Positions 1 to 12,320 of a DNA stretch of 64,000 nt are shown piece by piece. Position numbers and translations under genes: made by a program. The notes below the pieces were generated by a model. That model had not been told where the DNA came from. It did no database searches and saw nothing but the letters and a program-made list of their open reading frames with translations. The DNA comes from Mytilus californianus (Eukaryota). The first letter of the stretch is position 1. Every line of letters begins with the position of its first letter. The stretch covers positions 69,688,001 through 69,752,000 of the forward strand of contig NW_026262582.1 in assembly GCF_021869535.1 (NCBI RefSeq), given 5' to 3'.

Positions 1-1271
1 AAACGAAAAAGACTTGTTGAACCTATATGTGTTTTAAATTAAATTAAAAAGTATATCGTTTATTATCTCTTCGTTTGTAAACATAATATTTACATTTTTT
101 AAAATCTAAAATTTGCTCTTTATTCAATATCTGATACTTGACAAATCCCCGACTAGTGTTACATGTGGAGCGATAAGCCATCCTGTCGTAGCACCTGAGA
201 CTACCTCAGATTTTTGATGGGGTTATATTGCTAAACTTTAGTTTCCTTTGTTGGGTTTTTTGCCATGGCATTGTCAGTATGATTGTCATCGACTTATGAT
301 CTTGAATATCCCTTTGGTATCTCCAGCCTTCTTTCGAAAAAATAACTAAAATCTATTAAAATACAGGATTACTTTTAATATGAAAATATTGTTAGTACAT
401 TGCCTAAAAACATCGAAATCTATTGAGAGCCGCTTATAAACCTATGATAACATGGAAAAAAGACACCTACTTACACGAACTTAGTTTCTGTCATCCAGCC
501 GATTAGTTTTACAGATATATTTACTAGTGCATCTAGCCGGGTAATTCAGACGAACATAAACTACGGTAGCAAGTCCATCAAAAGTTGTAGCCGATGATGC
601 CAACGATAAAAAAAGACAAACGCAATGTTCAGAAGATACAAAGGGAAAGACTGACAGAAAACCGGACAAACCGACAGTTCAAAAAGTACAAGCAAAAAAC
701 TAATGTTAAAGCAACGTTACCCAGCCCAGATGACAAAATTCATTGACAGTTGTCTTTTTTTATTTTCGTGATATGTGCGATTATCGGCTTGTCTGTTCCA
801 TTTGAATAGTAATCAACGTATATAATGCAATTTATATTGGTAAACATTTTAATTAAATAACAATGAGTAATTGTATTACTAATACGGTATTGTTTATTAT
901 CATTTTGACTAATTGTGTTTTTGTTAATTATTTTATCGGTATTATAGAATAAAGGAATTTTCCTGTACTGCTCTTTGTTATGTTCTATAAAATACCTTTT
1001 GTTGAAGTACTGATTAAAATCAAAAACCTGTGATCTCAAAAAAGTTAGTTCAACCACGTTACATGTCAACGTGCTTGTCCAAAGCAATGCATCTCGTTCT
1101 GTTTTCTCTGAATGTTTTGCATGGTAGATCTTAGAGATTTGTGTCTAAGTCATTCAGAACTTTTCTAGACTAGGGACGATCTATAAATGAAAAAAAAACA
1201 CTTCAAAAATTTCGTCCGTCTCAAGCACTTTGGTAGATTTACCTTCACTAGGAATGCTCAAACACAAACAT

Positions 1272-2536
1272 TTGACTACTATGAGTGTATAAATACGTTG
1301 AATACTATGAGTGTATAAATACGTTGACTACTATGGTTGTATAAATACGTTGAATACTATGAGTGTATAAATACGTTGACTACTATGAGTGTATAAATAC
1401 GTTGACTACTATGAGTGTATAAATACGTTGACTACTGTGGTTGTATAAATACGTTGACTACTGTGAGTGTTTAAATACGTTGACTACTGTGAGTGTATAA
1501 ATTGACTACTGTGAGTGTATACATACGTTGACTACTATGAGTGTATAAATACGTTGACTACTATGGTTGTATAAATACGTTGACTACTGTGGTTGTATAA
1601 ATACGTTGACTACTGTGAGTGTATAAATACGTTGACTACTGTGAGTGTATACATACGTTGACTACTGTGAGTGTATACATACGTTGACTACCATGGTTGT
1701 ATAAATACGTTGACTACTGTGAGTGTATAAATACGTTGACTACTGTGAGTGTATAAATTGACTACTGTGAGTGTATACATACGTTGACTACTATGAGTGT
1801 ATAAATACGTTTACTTCTATGTGGTTGTATAAATACGTTGACTACTATGAGTGTATAAATTGACTACTGTGAGTGTATAAATACGTTGACTACTATGGTT
1901 GTATAAATACGTTGACTACTATGAGTGTATAAATACGTTGACTACTGTGAGTGTATAAATACTTTGACTACTGTGAGTGTATAAATACGTTGACTACTGT
2001 GAGTGTATAAATACGTTGACTACTGTGAGTGTATAAATACGTTAACTACTGTGAGTGTATAAATACGTTGACTACTATGGGTGTATAAATACGTTTACTA
2101 CTATGAGTGTATAAATACGTTGACTACTATGAGTGTTGAATACTATGGTTGTACAAATACGTTGAATACTATGGTTGTACAAATACGTTGAATACTATGG
2201 TTGTACAAATACGTTGAATACTATGGTTGTACAAATACGTTGAATACTATGTTTGTATAAATACGTTGAATACTATGGTTGTATAAATACGTTGAATACT
2301 ATGAGTCTATATATACGTTGAATACTATGAGTGTAGTGTATATATACGTTGAATACTATGAGTGAATAAATACGTTGAATACTATGAGTGTATATAAATA
2401 CGTTCAATACTATGAGTGTATATATACGTTGAATACTATGAGTGTAGTGTATATATACGTTGAATACTATCAGTGTATAAATACGTTGAATACTATGTGT
2501 GTATAAATACGTTGAATACTATGATTGTATAAATAC
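1272..2536. repeat. 26-bp minisatellite array (consensus GAGTGTATAAATACGTTGACTACTAT), ~48 copies
   Basis: Tandem units read directly. Variants include GAATACT/GACTACT, GGTTGT/GAGTGT, TACAAAT, and 22-bp units lacking ACGT. Confidence 0.97.
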
Positions 2537-3519
2537 ACAGAAACGTTAGGAGCTATTTGACCAAAAGTGACCAGCTATAACTTGACATATTGCATAGACA
2601 CATGTCGATTGTTGCACATCTGTCGAAGGTATTTAAAACGATAATATATGTTTCTTGAAGTTTCCAAAAACAATTGACATCAACCATGATATATACCAAT
2701 GCACATTATCAATAAATATTAATGTCAGAAGTTGATAACAAAATTATATAAAAAGCAAAGGAGCATGGCTTTTATTCCTGTTCTCCATCTTAGAATCACA
2801 GTTCTATTCTGATGCAATAGTTTTGTAAGTGTCACATAATTTAGTCTTTAAAAATACGATCCTAAGATAAAATAATTGATTTTCTAATCTTGGTTGAATT
2901 TTCACATTTTGTCATGTCGGAGCCTTTTATAGCTTACTGTATATACGGTTTTAGTTTTGCTCATTGTTGAAGGCCGTACGGTGATCAATAGTTGCTTAAA
3001 CCTACGTCATTTGGTCCCGGGTGGATAGGTGTCTCATTGGCAATCATACCACATCTTCATATTTTAACCTCCGTGTAAATACTGCATTTATTGCAGTTTC
3101 CTACGTCATTCATACAAACACTTAAACATGGAGCAAATCTCTTATCATTGCAAGTTTAAGACGGTTCCTAGCACACAGAAAGCTAGGTGACATATACATA
3201 TCTGGTTTGCTGTTTACTGTCACATTGACGTCCTAATAAGGAACCAGTAATTTTGAAAAGACATAAGTACTGTTGCACAATGTCCCGGATGTTTGCTTAT
3301 ATACAGTCTAATTCAATTCAGTACTTTTGTTTATTACGTAAGTGTTTTTGGGGACACACACAAAAATTTACTATCTTTGATATTTTGTTTTAATGTCTGA
3401 TTTACTGTAAGTTTTTTGTGTATTTTAAACGCAATTTGGCTATACTTTAGGTCCTTTTTGGTTTGATCAGCTCTTCAACGATTGTATAAGTTTTGGTTTT
3501 TCAAATATTTTGGCCTCGG

Positions 3520-3563
3520 GCATCGCTGAAGAGACGAGCATTGTCAAAATGACCATCTGGTGC
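3520..3563 (+). ncRNA. Decayed minimal type I hammerhead ribozyme motif (Penelope/retrozyme type)
   Basis: Stem I GCATCG/TGGTGC, core CTGAAGA, stem II GAC/GTC with a 7-nt loop, AAAA in place of GAAA, 1-bp stem III with a 4-nt loop, then ATC at the cleavage position. Confidence 0.65.
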
Positions 3564-4718
3564 AGTAATACTGGTGCCGTTAATATTATTGTCTTTTGTT
3601 TCCTCTTGCTTGACCTTAGTTTGAGCCATTAAATTTGAAAAGACAAAATTAAGTACTGTTGCACCATATCGCAGATGCTTGTATAATGCCTGATTTATTT
3701 CCTTATTTTATATTATTTCGTGATGTTTTTGAACACATAACAAATTTTTTTTTGCATTGTCTTTGATATTTTTTTTTAATTAGACTGAGATGTCTTGTTT
3801 ACTGTAAGTTGTATGTTTTGTTTGTTCTCGCATTGACGTTCTAAGTTTGGAGACAATTAAAAACTGTTGCTTGTATAAAATCTGATTGAATTCTCTATTT
3901 TGGTTTACTTCGTTATATTTCTGAGTACAAAACAAAATGTTCATTATCTTTAATAAGAAAAAAATATCACAGATTTCTTTACAATACTACTAGACGAAAC
4001 CATGTTAACACGAATGGTAACATGAAAAATAACAATGATCAGACAAATATTCTGTCGTCGTTAAAAGGTCTTCTAAATTACCGATCTTCTGAAAATCTAA
4101 ATACATTTACTTCATCTAAATAAATGTACTTCCAAGACTGCAATAAAAGAATTTTTGAAAATCGAAATAAATGTACTTCAAAGACTATAATAAAACAATT
4201 ATATCCATAACAAATTGATGATCATTTATCACAGATTTCATTTAAATAACGAAGACATTACCAACAAAGATAAACTTTTTAAGCATAAGCTAAAAAAAAA
4301 CAAGGCTTTGATTTGAAACTGTCACAATCCCTTCTAAAAACATTCATTTGAAATTCATTCTCGTGTTGAAGAGCGTATTTTGAACCAAGAATAAGATGCC
4401 TTACGATATTATGTGTTGTTCGCTTGATGTCTCCTTGACGTATCTACTCATTTTTGTCAAATTTTGAAATTATCCTTTCAGGTGAAGGAAGAAGTGATAT
4501 CGGATCATTTTATCATTACAATAGTTAGTAAATTAAAAAAAATATTCATGTCTAGCTGAAGACAAATGTTGTGTTGATCACTTGTTTTCTAAATGAAGCT
4601 CCGAGATGCAAAAAATAAAATAAGCAATATCTACAAATGACGACTGGCGGTTTTTAACCTCTAAGATTTAAAAGAGAAAAACAAAGATAAAAAACATATA
4701 CTGAAAGCACTTTAAAAT

Positions 4719-6734
4719 TTACATTTCTGCGTCTAGGGAGAAAAATCGAATGATTCGTCTCGCCTCCTGAGATAGCGTGTTCTTATGTTGTGATAGTAAA
4801 AGTTTGTTGTGTCTTGCTGTAACCGTAAGTTTCCATGGAAACTGTATACCTCGTTGTATTCCAGTCCCTTCATAAGAACCGTTGTATGTAACTCTGAGTA
4901 CAGTTGCCCTATCCCATGATGCAACATAAATATGACCACTACATAACGCGATTCCGGACGGAAATCCAAGATCCGGGTGCAGAAAACGCCAACGGATGTC
5001 TCCATCGTACGTTAGACAGAGAAGTTCCGGTTCAGGGTATTTTTGGTCCGTAATGAATATTCGCTCCTTTACACCGTCAATTGCGACATATGTGAATTTC
5101 GTGCGATCAAATGAATGTTCCTCGTGTTTTCGCCATCGTCCAATGTGCTTAACGTAGATTTGGAGTTTTGTGCTGCTGCAGACGGCTAGATGACTATTGT
5201 CATGGCTGATTGATTTTGCTTTAAGACCTGTTTGGAACGAGGCTCCGTACTTTAATTCTCCTTGTCCATACACATTTATAGCTAGAAGATTGTCAATATC
5301 CGGCCTTGTCACAAGTAACTCGGTATTTGAGATAGTCGTAGTATCGTAAGGAGCCGGTGCCACCACAATTTCTGAAATTTTGACATAAGTGGTATCGTAA
5401 AGTGATACTGTTTCATTGGCATGATCAACAACTATCACATTGCCGTTATCCAAAATAGCTATTCCAGTGATCCAAGATGGCTGTTTACTTTGTTGCGATA
5501 CTTCAATGTGTGCTCCCTCACTTATATAAAAACCGCTGGCCCCACGTGTCTCAGCATAATCAACGGACGAAGCAGACCGAATGCGTTGAGACTGCACTGT
5601 ACGAGGGCGGTCATCCCGATCGCCTCCAACGCCAAAAGATGGGCACGATGAATTTGGTGAAAAATCTCGTCGTCTGCTTGTAGCTGACTTGGATGGTCTT
5701 GGACAACGTTGACTTGGAGTTGGCAAAGAAGCAGATTCAGATGATGAAGAACATAGTGTCTGGGGTATTCCATCGTCTCGTATAAATTCAACACTCCCAA
5801 AGGACTGGAAATCAGTTATGAAATTTTCTATTGACGAATTAATTTGGAAGTCAATCGTGTTTCTGAACGTTTTCCTCGAGAGTTCTCGGATTTTTCTGCT
5901 GTTGGCTTCGTATTCTTTTTTCACGTTTTCCAATGTATTTGCCATATCTTCCGCGTCTTCTTTATCTCTGGCTTCCTGTAGACTTTGAAGAGACCTTTTA
6001 CATTTTTCATTGGCCTTTTGGCATTTGCGAATATCGGATTCAATTTTGTGCACCTCCTTCGATTTGAGTTTCGAAAGCTGGTTGATAACTTTTTCTTCCT
6101 GTGATTTTATGAGATCGGTTGCCTTGCGACTTGTTGTAGTTATTCGGCTCTTTATTTCCTCTTCCGATTGGTCGATTCGGCTTATAATTTCCTTTCTACT
6201 GTCCATTAGATGTTCTATTTCGTTGCATTGATCAAATAAGTAGGATATGTAACGCTCCTCTGTGCTATCTGTTGAAGGAGTTACTTTGCGTGGAAGATCT
6301 TCCGCTTCTTCCCGTGAAAGAACCTCGTCACACTTCCGGTGCTGCAAAGAGCACAACGAGCATATGTACAGTTCATGATCAACACAGTAAAATTCAAGTT
6401 CTTTGTTCGGATGGACGGCGCATGGGTTTAGGTAATAGGGTCTTGGCGTAGTATATGCGGAAATCATTGATACAATGTTGTGATTGTTTGGTAAACTTTC
6501 AACCCATAGATGTGGGGAAAATTCCTTCCCTGTCGGAGCGAGAACGAATCCTCTGCAAACTGGACAGTGGTATCCCATCCGGCGTGCAAATTCAGAATGA
6601 TGAAGAATATGATCACCGATACATTTCTTGCAAAACGTGTGTAGGCATGGCAACGATTTCGGTTCGTCAAAAATGTCAAAGCAAATTGTGCACGTGATTT
6701 GTTGTTCTGCTGTTTGTATTACTGGGTCCGCCAT
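4719..6734 (-). CDS. TRIM-like E3 ubiquitin ligase: C3HC4 RING, B-box2, coiled coil, S/R/P-rich linker, NHL-like beta-propeller (671 aa, single coding exon)
   Basis: RING CTICFDIFDEPKSLPCLHTFCKKC...CPVC; B-box CAVHPNKELEFYCVDHELYICSLCSLQHRKC; helical heptad region; propeller blades (WITGIAILDNGNVIVVD, PSGIALC). Likely start AAAATG at 6734, with a TTTTCAG acceptor ending at 6756. Confidence 0.92.
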   Translation of the reverse strand: MADPVIQTAEQQITCTICFDIFDEPKSLPCLHTFCKKCIGDHILHHSEFARRMGYHCPVCRGFVLAPTGKEFSPHLWVESLPNNHNIVSMISAYTTPRPYYLNPCAVHPNKELEFYCVDHELYICSLCSLQHRKCDEVLSREEAEDLPRKVTPSTDSTEERYISYLFDQCNEIEHLMDSRKEIISRIDQSEEEIKSRITTTSRKATDLIKSQEEKVINQLSKLKSKEVHKIESDIRKCQKANEKCKRSLQSLQEARDKEDAEDMANTLENVKKEYEANSRKIRELSRKTFRNTIDFQINSSIENFITDFQSFGSVEFIRDDGIPQTLCSSSSESASLPTPSQRCPRPSKSATSRRRDFSPNSSCPSFGVGGDRDDRPRTVQSQRIRSASSVDYAETRGASGFYISEGAHIEVSQQSKQPSWITGIAILDNGNVIVVDHANETVSLYDTTYVKISEIVVAPAPYDTTTISNTELLVTRPDIDNLLAINVYGQGELKYGASFQTGLKAKSISHDNSHLAVCSSTKLQIYVKHIGRWRKHEEHSFDRTKFTYVAIDGVKERIFITDQKYPEPELLCLTYDGDIRWRFLHPDLGFPSGIALCSGHIYVASWDRATVLRVTYNGSYEGTGIQRGIQFPWKLTVTARHNKLLLSQHKNTLSQEARRIIRFFSLDAEM

Positions 6735-8623
6735 TTTCGTTGTCTTGGGAATCAGCTGAAAATAAATGTGAATTTGAGAAAAGCTTGTGACTTCAAATTT
6801 ATTACATAACATATTTAGACTTAATCACATCTTTGTCGTGTGGTTTTATTACAGCTTTCACATTGGTTATCATACATTATATATATTTTTGCTTACATGT
6901 TACTATAATAGCTAACTGTCACTGACTTCGAGCAGAAGAGTGTCTAGGTGGGGTTAAAGGAATAGAGAATAATGGGCAAAAATATAGAGTATAGAAAAAA
7001 TTGGGGGTGGGGGAAGAGTATAAGAATAACTCTGGAAAATTAAAGATTTAAGTAAATCAGAAATGAAAGACGGACAGAATAAAAGAATCATATTATTACA
7101 GAAAAAAATAATAGTAAACTCATTTACATGAGAGTCTTACAGAATAAGCATTCATTTGTTAGTTTAAAAGATAAAAACAAACGTTAAATTTACAGAATAC
7201 AGAAATAAAAGATTCTCATTCAAAACACTCATAGAAAATTTTACAGCATCGTCATTGTTTGACAGACTCGGGACACTACTATCAATGAAGCACGTAAACT
7301 TGTACACAGGGACATTTTGGTATACTAGAATAGTACGAAATACAAGTTCTTATTCCACATCTTTAACAGAGGGGGATTTAAGGGGCAGGGTGCCTGGCCC
7401 CTTATTGATCAACATATATGGTTAATGCATGCGCATAGACTTTTTATATGTTCTAGATAGAAATAAGAAGATGTGGTATAAGTAACAATGAGACAACTTT
7501 CCATCCAAGTCACAATGTGTAAAAAGTAAACAATTATAGGTCAAAGTACGGACTTCAACACGGAGCCTTGGCTCACACCGAACAGCAAGCTCTTAACGTA
7601 ACTTAGTTTCCCCTTTTTTTCAAAATATGGGTCCGTATATATATGTTGTTTTTCAGTAATAAAAATGCGATGTCGCGGGTGTGTTCTAGTATAGTATATA
7701 TATATATATATTCTAAAATGCCTGTAAGATTTAGGCAACTTGTATATTGACTAATGTTTTCATGCATTTTACATAATGCCTAGAAAAATCTGTACCGATA
7801 CAGTGTGTTAAATGTCCTCAATTATACCATGGCCCATGGTAGTGCTCTTATTAAAGGAGGAAGATACAGAACATACATACATATGACATATACTATTGGT
7901 ATCGATACCGGATTTGACCCAGAACTTGTTAATTATTGGCAATATTAATTATGTGGAAAACAAAAGGGTCTGGAATGGTGTAATTTTTAATCAACACCAT
8001 TGTCCTATACATGTATTAGTTATATATAAAGTTGTATTCTTTGATTCGTCGTGTTTACGTCATGACGGCTAACAAATTGGACCTCGTTGTTATAGTATTA
8101 TAGATTGGCCTGATTAAAAAACCCATTAAAATTGTAATGCCAATCTTAAACTTTCGAGGTATTTTTAAACACGCTATAAAGTTTTAGTAAATGCTAATTG
8201 AAATAAAACCATGTGTTTGTCAGTAAACGTGAGGTATGTGATAAAATAGAAAAAAGCCTTTTAAATATTTTGCATATAAAAGTACAGAATTTCATCCGAC
8301 GCAAGTAGTATAGAATATGGTTTTCAATGCGTTTGAAGAATCTATAATATTATTAAATAATAATAATCAAAAAATTAATGCCATCAAAATACTGCAAAAT
8401 ATTCTTAATTTCTACACATATATATATATATGAAATCACATTGCAGTTGTCGTTACTGTTGCTCTTTGACCTGTTAATTTAATTGACGCTTTTCAAATCA
8501 TCATTTCATTTTTTACGTCTTGTCTACTTTTATAAGTTAAAGTTAAAACCGTCGATAAGGAATATTACACGAATTTACCTGTCCGATAACTTGTGTATAT
8601 ATATATTAAATTATTATTAAATA

Positions 8624-8753
8624 CAGTTGCGGATCCAGGGGGTTCCGGGGGTTGGATTTGACGATCAATGCATTTGAATGGGGACATATAGTTGATACCC
8701 CCCTTTTATCCTGGGTTGGGAACCCCCTTTTAAAAATGGCTGGATCCGCCCCT
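8624..8753. mobile_element. Small MITE-like element with CAG..GCGGATCCAG / CTGGATCCGCCCCTG termini
   Basis: Imperfect 15-bp terminal inverted repeats. Related copies at ~13960-14080 and ~40810-40968. No TSD resolved. Confidence 0.6.
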
Positions 8754-9562
8754 GAAATAACATTATATATTTGTAAATATTTTAATTTTTCCTTGATCCT
8801 TATGTTTAATTTTCAATTGAAAAAAAAATTGTTTTGCTTATTTATGGACTTGCAACGTTTGTATGATTGTACTATTCGAATAGGACACCACGATTGGATA
8901 ATAAAATATGTTTATGTCTGTATACACAAATTGCATTCGTAGACAGGAAAATGCTTCAACATGTTCCAGCCGCCGAAACAGCATGTTGTTGTTTACATTC
9001 CGAAAAAAAAAACCCAATGTTCCCTGAGAATTCTTCATATTTCAAAATTGTATACTTTATTTCTAGTAAGAACAACAGGAGTAAGAAAACATAAACATAC
9101 CTGATCATCAGGAATTGGCGTCCATTTTAATTTTCTTTTTAAATGACTAAAATCCACTTCTGTGTATTGATCGGATAGTTTACATTTAAATTCTAAAGGT
9201 GTATTGATTAAGAAATCGATAATATTGACAACTTGAGTTTAGGGTCACGATTTTGTATACTATCTTTTTTCTTCACATTGTATAACTTTTTACACGTTAC
9301 ATGCATTAGGATTTAAACAATTTAAATGATTTAAATTTGTAACGGCTTTTGTCTCTGACAAGAATATTATTCTATTATGTCTATACTGTTATAAAAAATC
9401 AAAGTTTTTATTGGATTTTAAATGTGTGAATGCACTGTTTGCAATCATATTCCAGAATGAGCTTTCATAATTTACGGACTTCGCCTTTGGTCGTTTTATT
9501 TTGGGCTGGAGAGAAAGTTTACATAATTTTGTATCATTTTATCATTTAATTATCCAGTACCT

Positions 9563-9990
9563 GATTGATTGATTTTTGGTTGCTTAACGTCCAGTGGCAA
9601 ATATTTCATGCATGTTCAGGACGAGAACTAATTAACTATAAATACAATAGGTAGGTCCTGTAATAGAGGTCGTCTGGAATGAAGGTCGGGAATATGTGGA
9701 CTGGGACTGGAAAAAAGGGTATATTTGATAGGGACAGACATTTTACATTGCAACAGGCCACCTACGGACACCCAAAAGAGTTGTTACAAGACTTAGGGTT
9801 AATCAACGTACAGAGAGGGTGTCACTCTCTCTACACGAGGCATCGGATTTCACGTCTCCATTCTGACCTGACGTGGTTGCTTACTTGTACATCCCGCACA
9901 GCCAAACGGACGCCCCACTTAGGCTAGGGTTTTATTACCGGTAGAACTGTAGTGACCTTATTTCTATTCATCGGTCACCCTTTGGGTATC
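9563..9990 (-). mobile_element. SINE-like retroposon with (CAAT)n tail (possibly Deu/Nin-domain type)
   Basis: On the minus strand it ends ...CCACTGGACGTTAAGCAACC..AATCAATCAATC. Homologous copies at 12740-12905 and 52470-53500, plus tail fragments elsewhere. The family name is tentative. Confidence 0.7.
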
Positions 9991-10431
9991 CAGTACATGA
10001 TAAATCAAAGATAATTCTATACCTAATGTAAAATTACAAATCGAATACACGTTAAAGCGAAATTTGTGACATCCTTAGGCCACACCAATTTGATTAATAT
10101 TTCTTTGGATTTTCCCGCTCCTGTTTTGGAGAAATTGACTTTTCAATAAAAAAAAAATAATTACCGCTTCCGCCAATTTTTGGGCCGCATGCCGCTCCAA
10201 AATTAGTTTATCCTTGACATTTTTTTTTCTCTTAGACGTTTTTCTCGTGCATATATTGCTCCAAGCGATTCAAACGCACGTGTGATAAATCGATTTGTAA
10301 ATAAAAGGTCAAAAATCGGGATGCCAACATGAATTTGTGTCATCAGATCATTGCCGAGGACACGTAGTTATTAAACACACAGTTGTTTGAAATGCATTTC
10401 GTTTTACCTGTTCTAGGAGACAAAAATAAAA

Positions 10432-10569
10432 AGTCCGAGATTACTCCGACGTCCAACAGCTGTTTGCCAGACAAGATGGGGGGGGGGGGGGGGGGGGGGG
10501 GGGGCTGTTGTCCCACGGCCCCAGCTTGTCTGCCAAAACAGCCGTTGGACGTCAGAGTAATCTCGGACT
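10432..10569. repeat. Fold-back mini-element: ~44-bp inverted arms enclosing a G27 run
   Basis: Left arm AGTCCGAGATTACTCCGACGTCCAACAGCTGTTTGCCAGACAAG; its near-perfect reverse complement lies at 10525-10569. G run at 10478-10504. Confidence 0.9.
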
Positions 10570-10916
10570 ACAACAGACATAGATATCTAGAGCTATTCGT
10601 CTTGGATGAAAATAATATTAAATTCACATGAATTTTTGAAAAATTACAGATTTATCTTATTTTAACGAAAACTCCATATCCCCTTGTTAGTCTATTGACA
10701 TGCAATCAGAACTCTTTTGTAAGGGAAAATTTAAGAGTTCCAACATTCGAGACCAAAGTGGTGGTATTGGGATTGGCATGCTAATAATAATTAGGGATGT
10801 ATTATTGGTGCAACCACTTCCAGTTTGAAATACATTGCAGGTTTCAGGGGCAAAAGGAAAAAGTATTTTGCTAAGTCAGAAAAATGCATGTGAATGTGGT
10901 TAAATGTATTTTAAGG

Positions 10917-11235
10917 GAATAGATATAGGAAGATGTGGTATGAGTGCCAATGAGACAACCCTCCATCCAAGTAACAATTTATAAAAGTAAACCATTATAG
11001 GTCAAGGTAAGGCCTTCAACACGGAGCCTTGGCTCACACCGAACAGCAAGCTATAAAGGGCCCCAAAAATTACTAGTGTAAAACCATTCAAACGGGAAAA
11101 CCAGCGGTCTAATCTATATAAAAACGAGAAACACGTATGAACTACATAAACAGACGACAACTACTGTACATCAGATTCCTGACTTAGGACAGGTGCAAAC
11201 ATTTGCAGCGGGATTAAATGTTTTAATACATTGAG
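10917..11235 (+). mobile_element. High-copy dispersed repeat family B (AAGATGTGGTATGAGTGCCAATGAGACAACT...GACTTAGGACAGGTGCAAAC)
   Basis: Copies or fragments in both orientations near 2880-3065, 7460-7590, 14115-14245, 15100-15510, 19620-19980, 24935, 25852-26280, 33335-33520, 36290-36390, 38480, 40580 and 62360-62640. Class not assignable by eye. Confidence 0.85.
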
Positions 11236-11560
11236 ATCTGCATGCATAGCAATATAATTATCTTACTCAGGATGTTGTTGAAATATTCACCTCACTCATT
11301 ATGTTGATCCTATTATGGATAAATAGTTCCAACTGGATGTCAAGCAGCCAATAAACAATCATTACCATATAATGAAAACAACTATATCAAAAGGTATTTA
11401 ATATTTTTCATGGGCATTTTTTGGAATACATACACATATTTTAATTGTATTCAACACATTTCATTTACCTAACTAACATAATTCCTCTTGCTAAACTGCA
11501 TCTGATATGCTTCCTTAATATATACACATGAATGAATTTAAATGAAAATTCACGCAGTCA

Positions 11561-12320
11561 AATAAAATTGAGAATGGAAATGGGGAATGTGTCAAAGAGA
11601 CAACAACCCGACCATAGAGCAGACAACAGCCGAAGGCCACCAATGGGTCTTCAATGCAGCGAGAAACTCCCGCACCCGGAGGCGTCCTTCAGCTGACCCC
11701 TAAACAAATATGTATACTAGTTCCGTGATAATGGACGTCATACTAAACTCCAAATTATACACAAGAAACTAAAATTAAAAATGATACAAGACTATTAAAG
11801 GCCAGAGGCTCCTTACTTGGGACAGGCGCAAAAATGCGGCGGGATTAAACATGTTTTTTGAGATCTCAACCCTCCCCCTATACCTCTAGCCAATGTAGAA
11901 AAAAAAACAAACGTACAACAGTACGCACAGTAAAACTCAGTTTAAGAGAAGTCCGAGTCCGATGTCAGAATAGGAAGCAAAAGAAAATAAACAAAATGAC
12001 AATAATACATAAATAACAACAGACTACTAGCAGTTACTGACATGCCAGCTCCAGACCTCATTAAACTGATTGAAAGATTATGTCTTCATCATATGAATAT
12101 CAGGCACAATCCTTCCTGTTAGGGGTTTAGTATTATACCATCATAAAATAATTAGAAGAACATAACCAGTGTCATGCAAACAACTGGTTTTAGAATAAAT
12201 ATGTTTAATTCCGATGCAAAATCCCTATAAGTGAATCAATATTAAAGCCAACATATGCAATCTTTAATGACCTGACAACAGTATCGTAACTATATCCCTT
12301 CTTAATAAGTCTGTTTAAAG
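11561..12320 (+). mobile_element. Dispersed repeat family C (AAAATTGAGAATGGAAATGGGGAATGTGTCAAAGAGAC...)
   Basis: Near-identical ~390-bp partial copy at 46375-46770 and a head fragment at ~50005-50055. Shares the GGGACAGGCGCAAAAATGCGGCGGG motif with family B. Confidence 0.85.

Noticed and set aside
481-1087. ORFs 481-669 and 740-1087 and a possible minus-strand exon near 1090-1180
   Set aside because: No recognisable motifs, AT-rich codon content, and all frames after the candidate acceptor stop within a few codons.
6735-6812. N-terminal ORF extensions of the TRIM genes and opsin exon 3 (also 17258-17332, 22254-22475, 56992-57193)
   Set aside because: They run through T-rich acceptor tracts or TE sequence and have no counterpart in paralogues; they are best read as intron.
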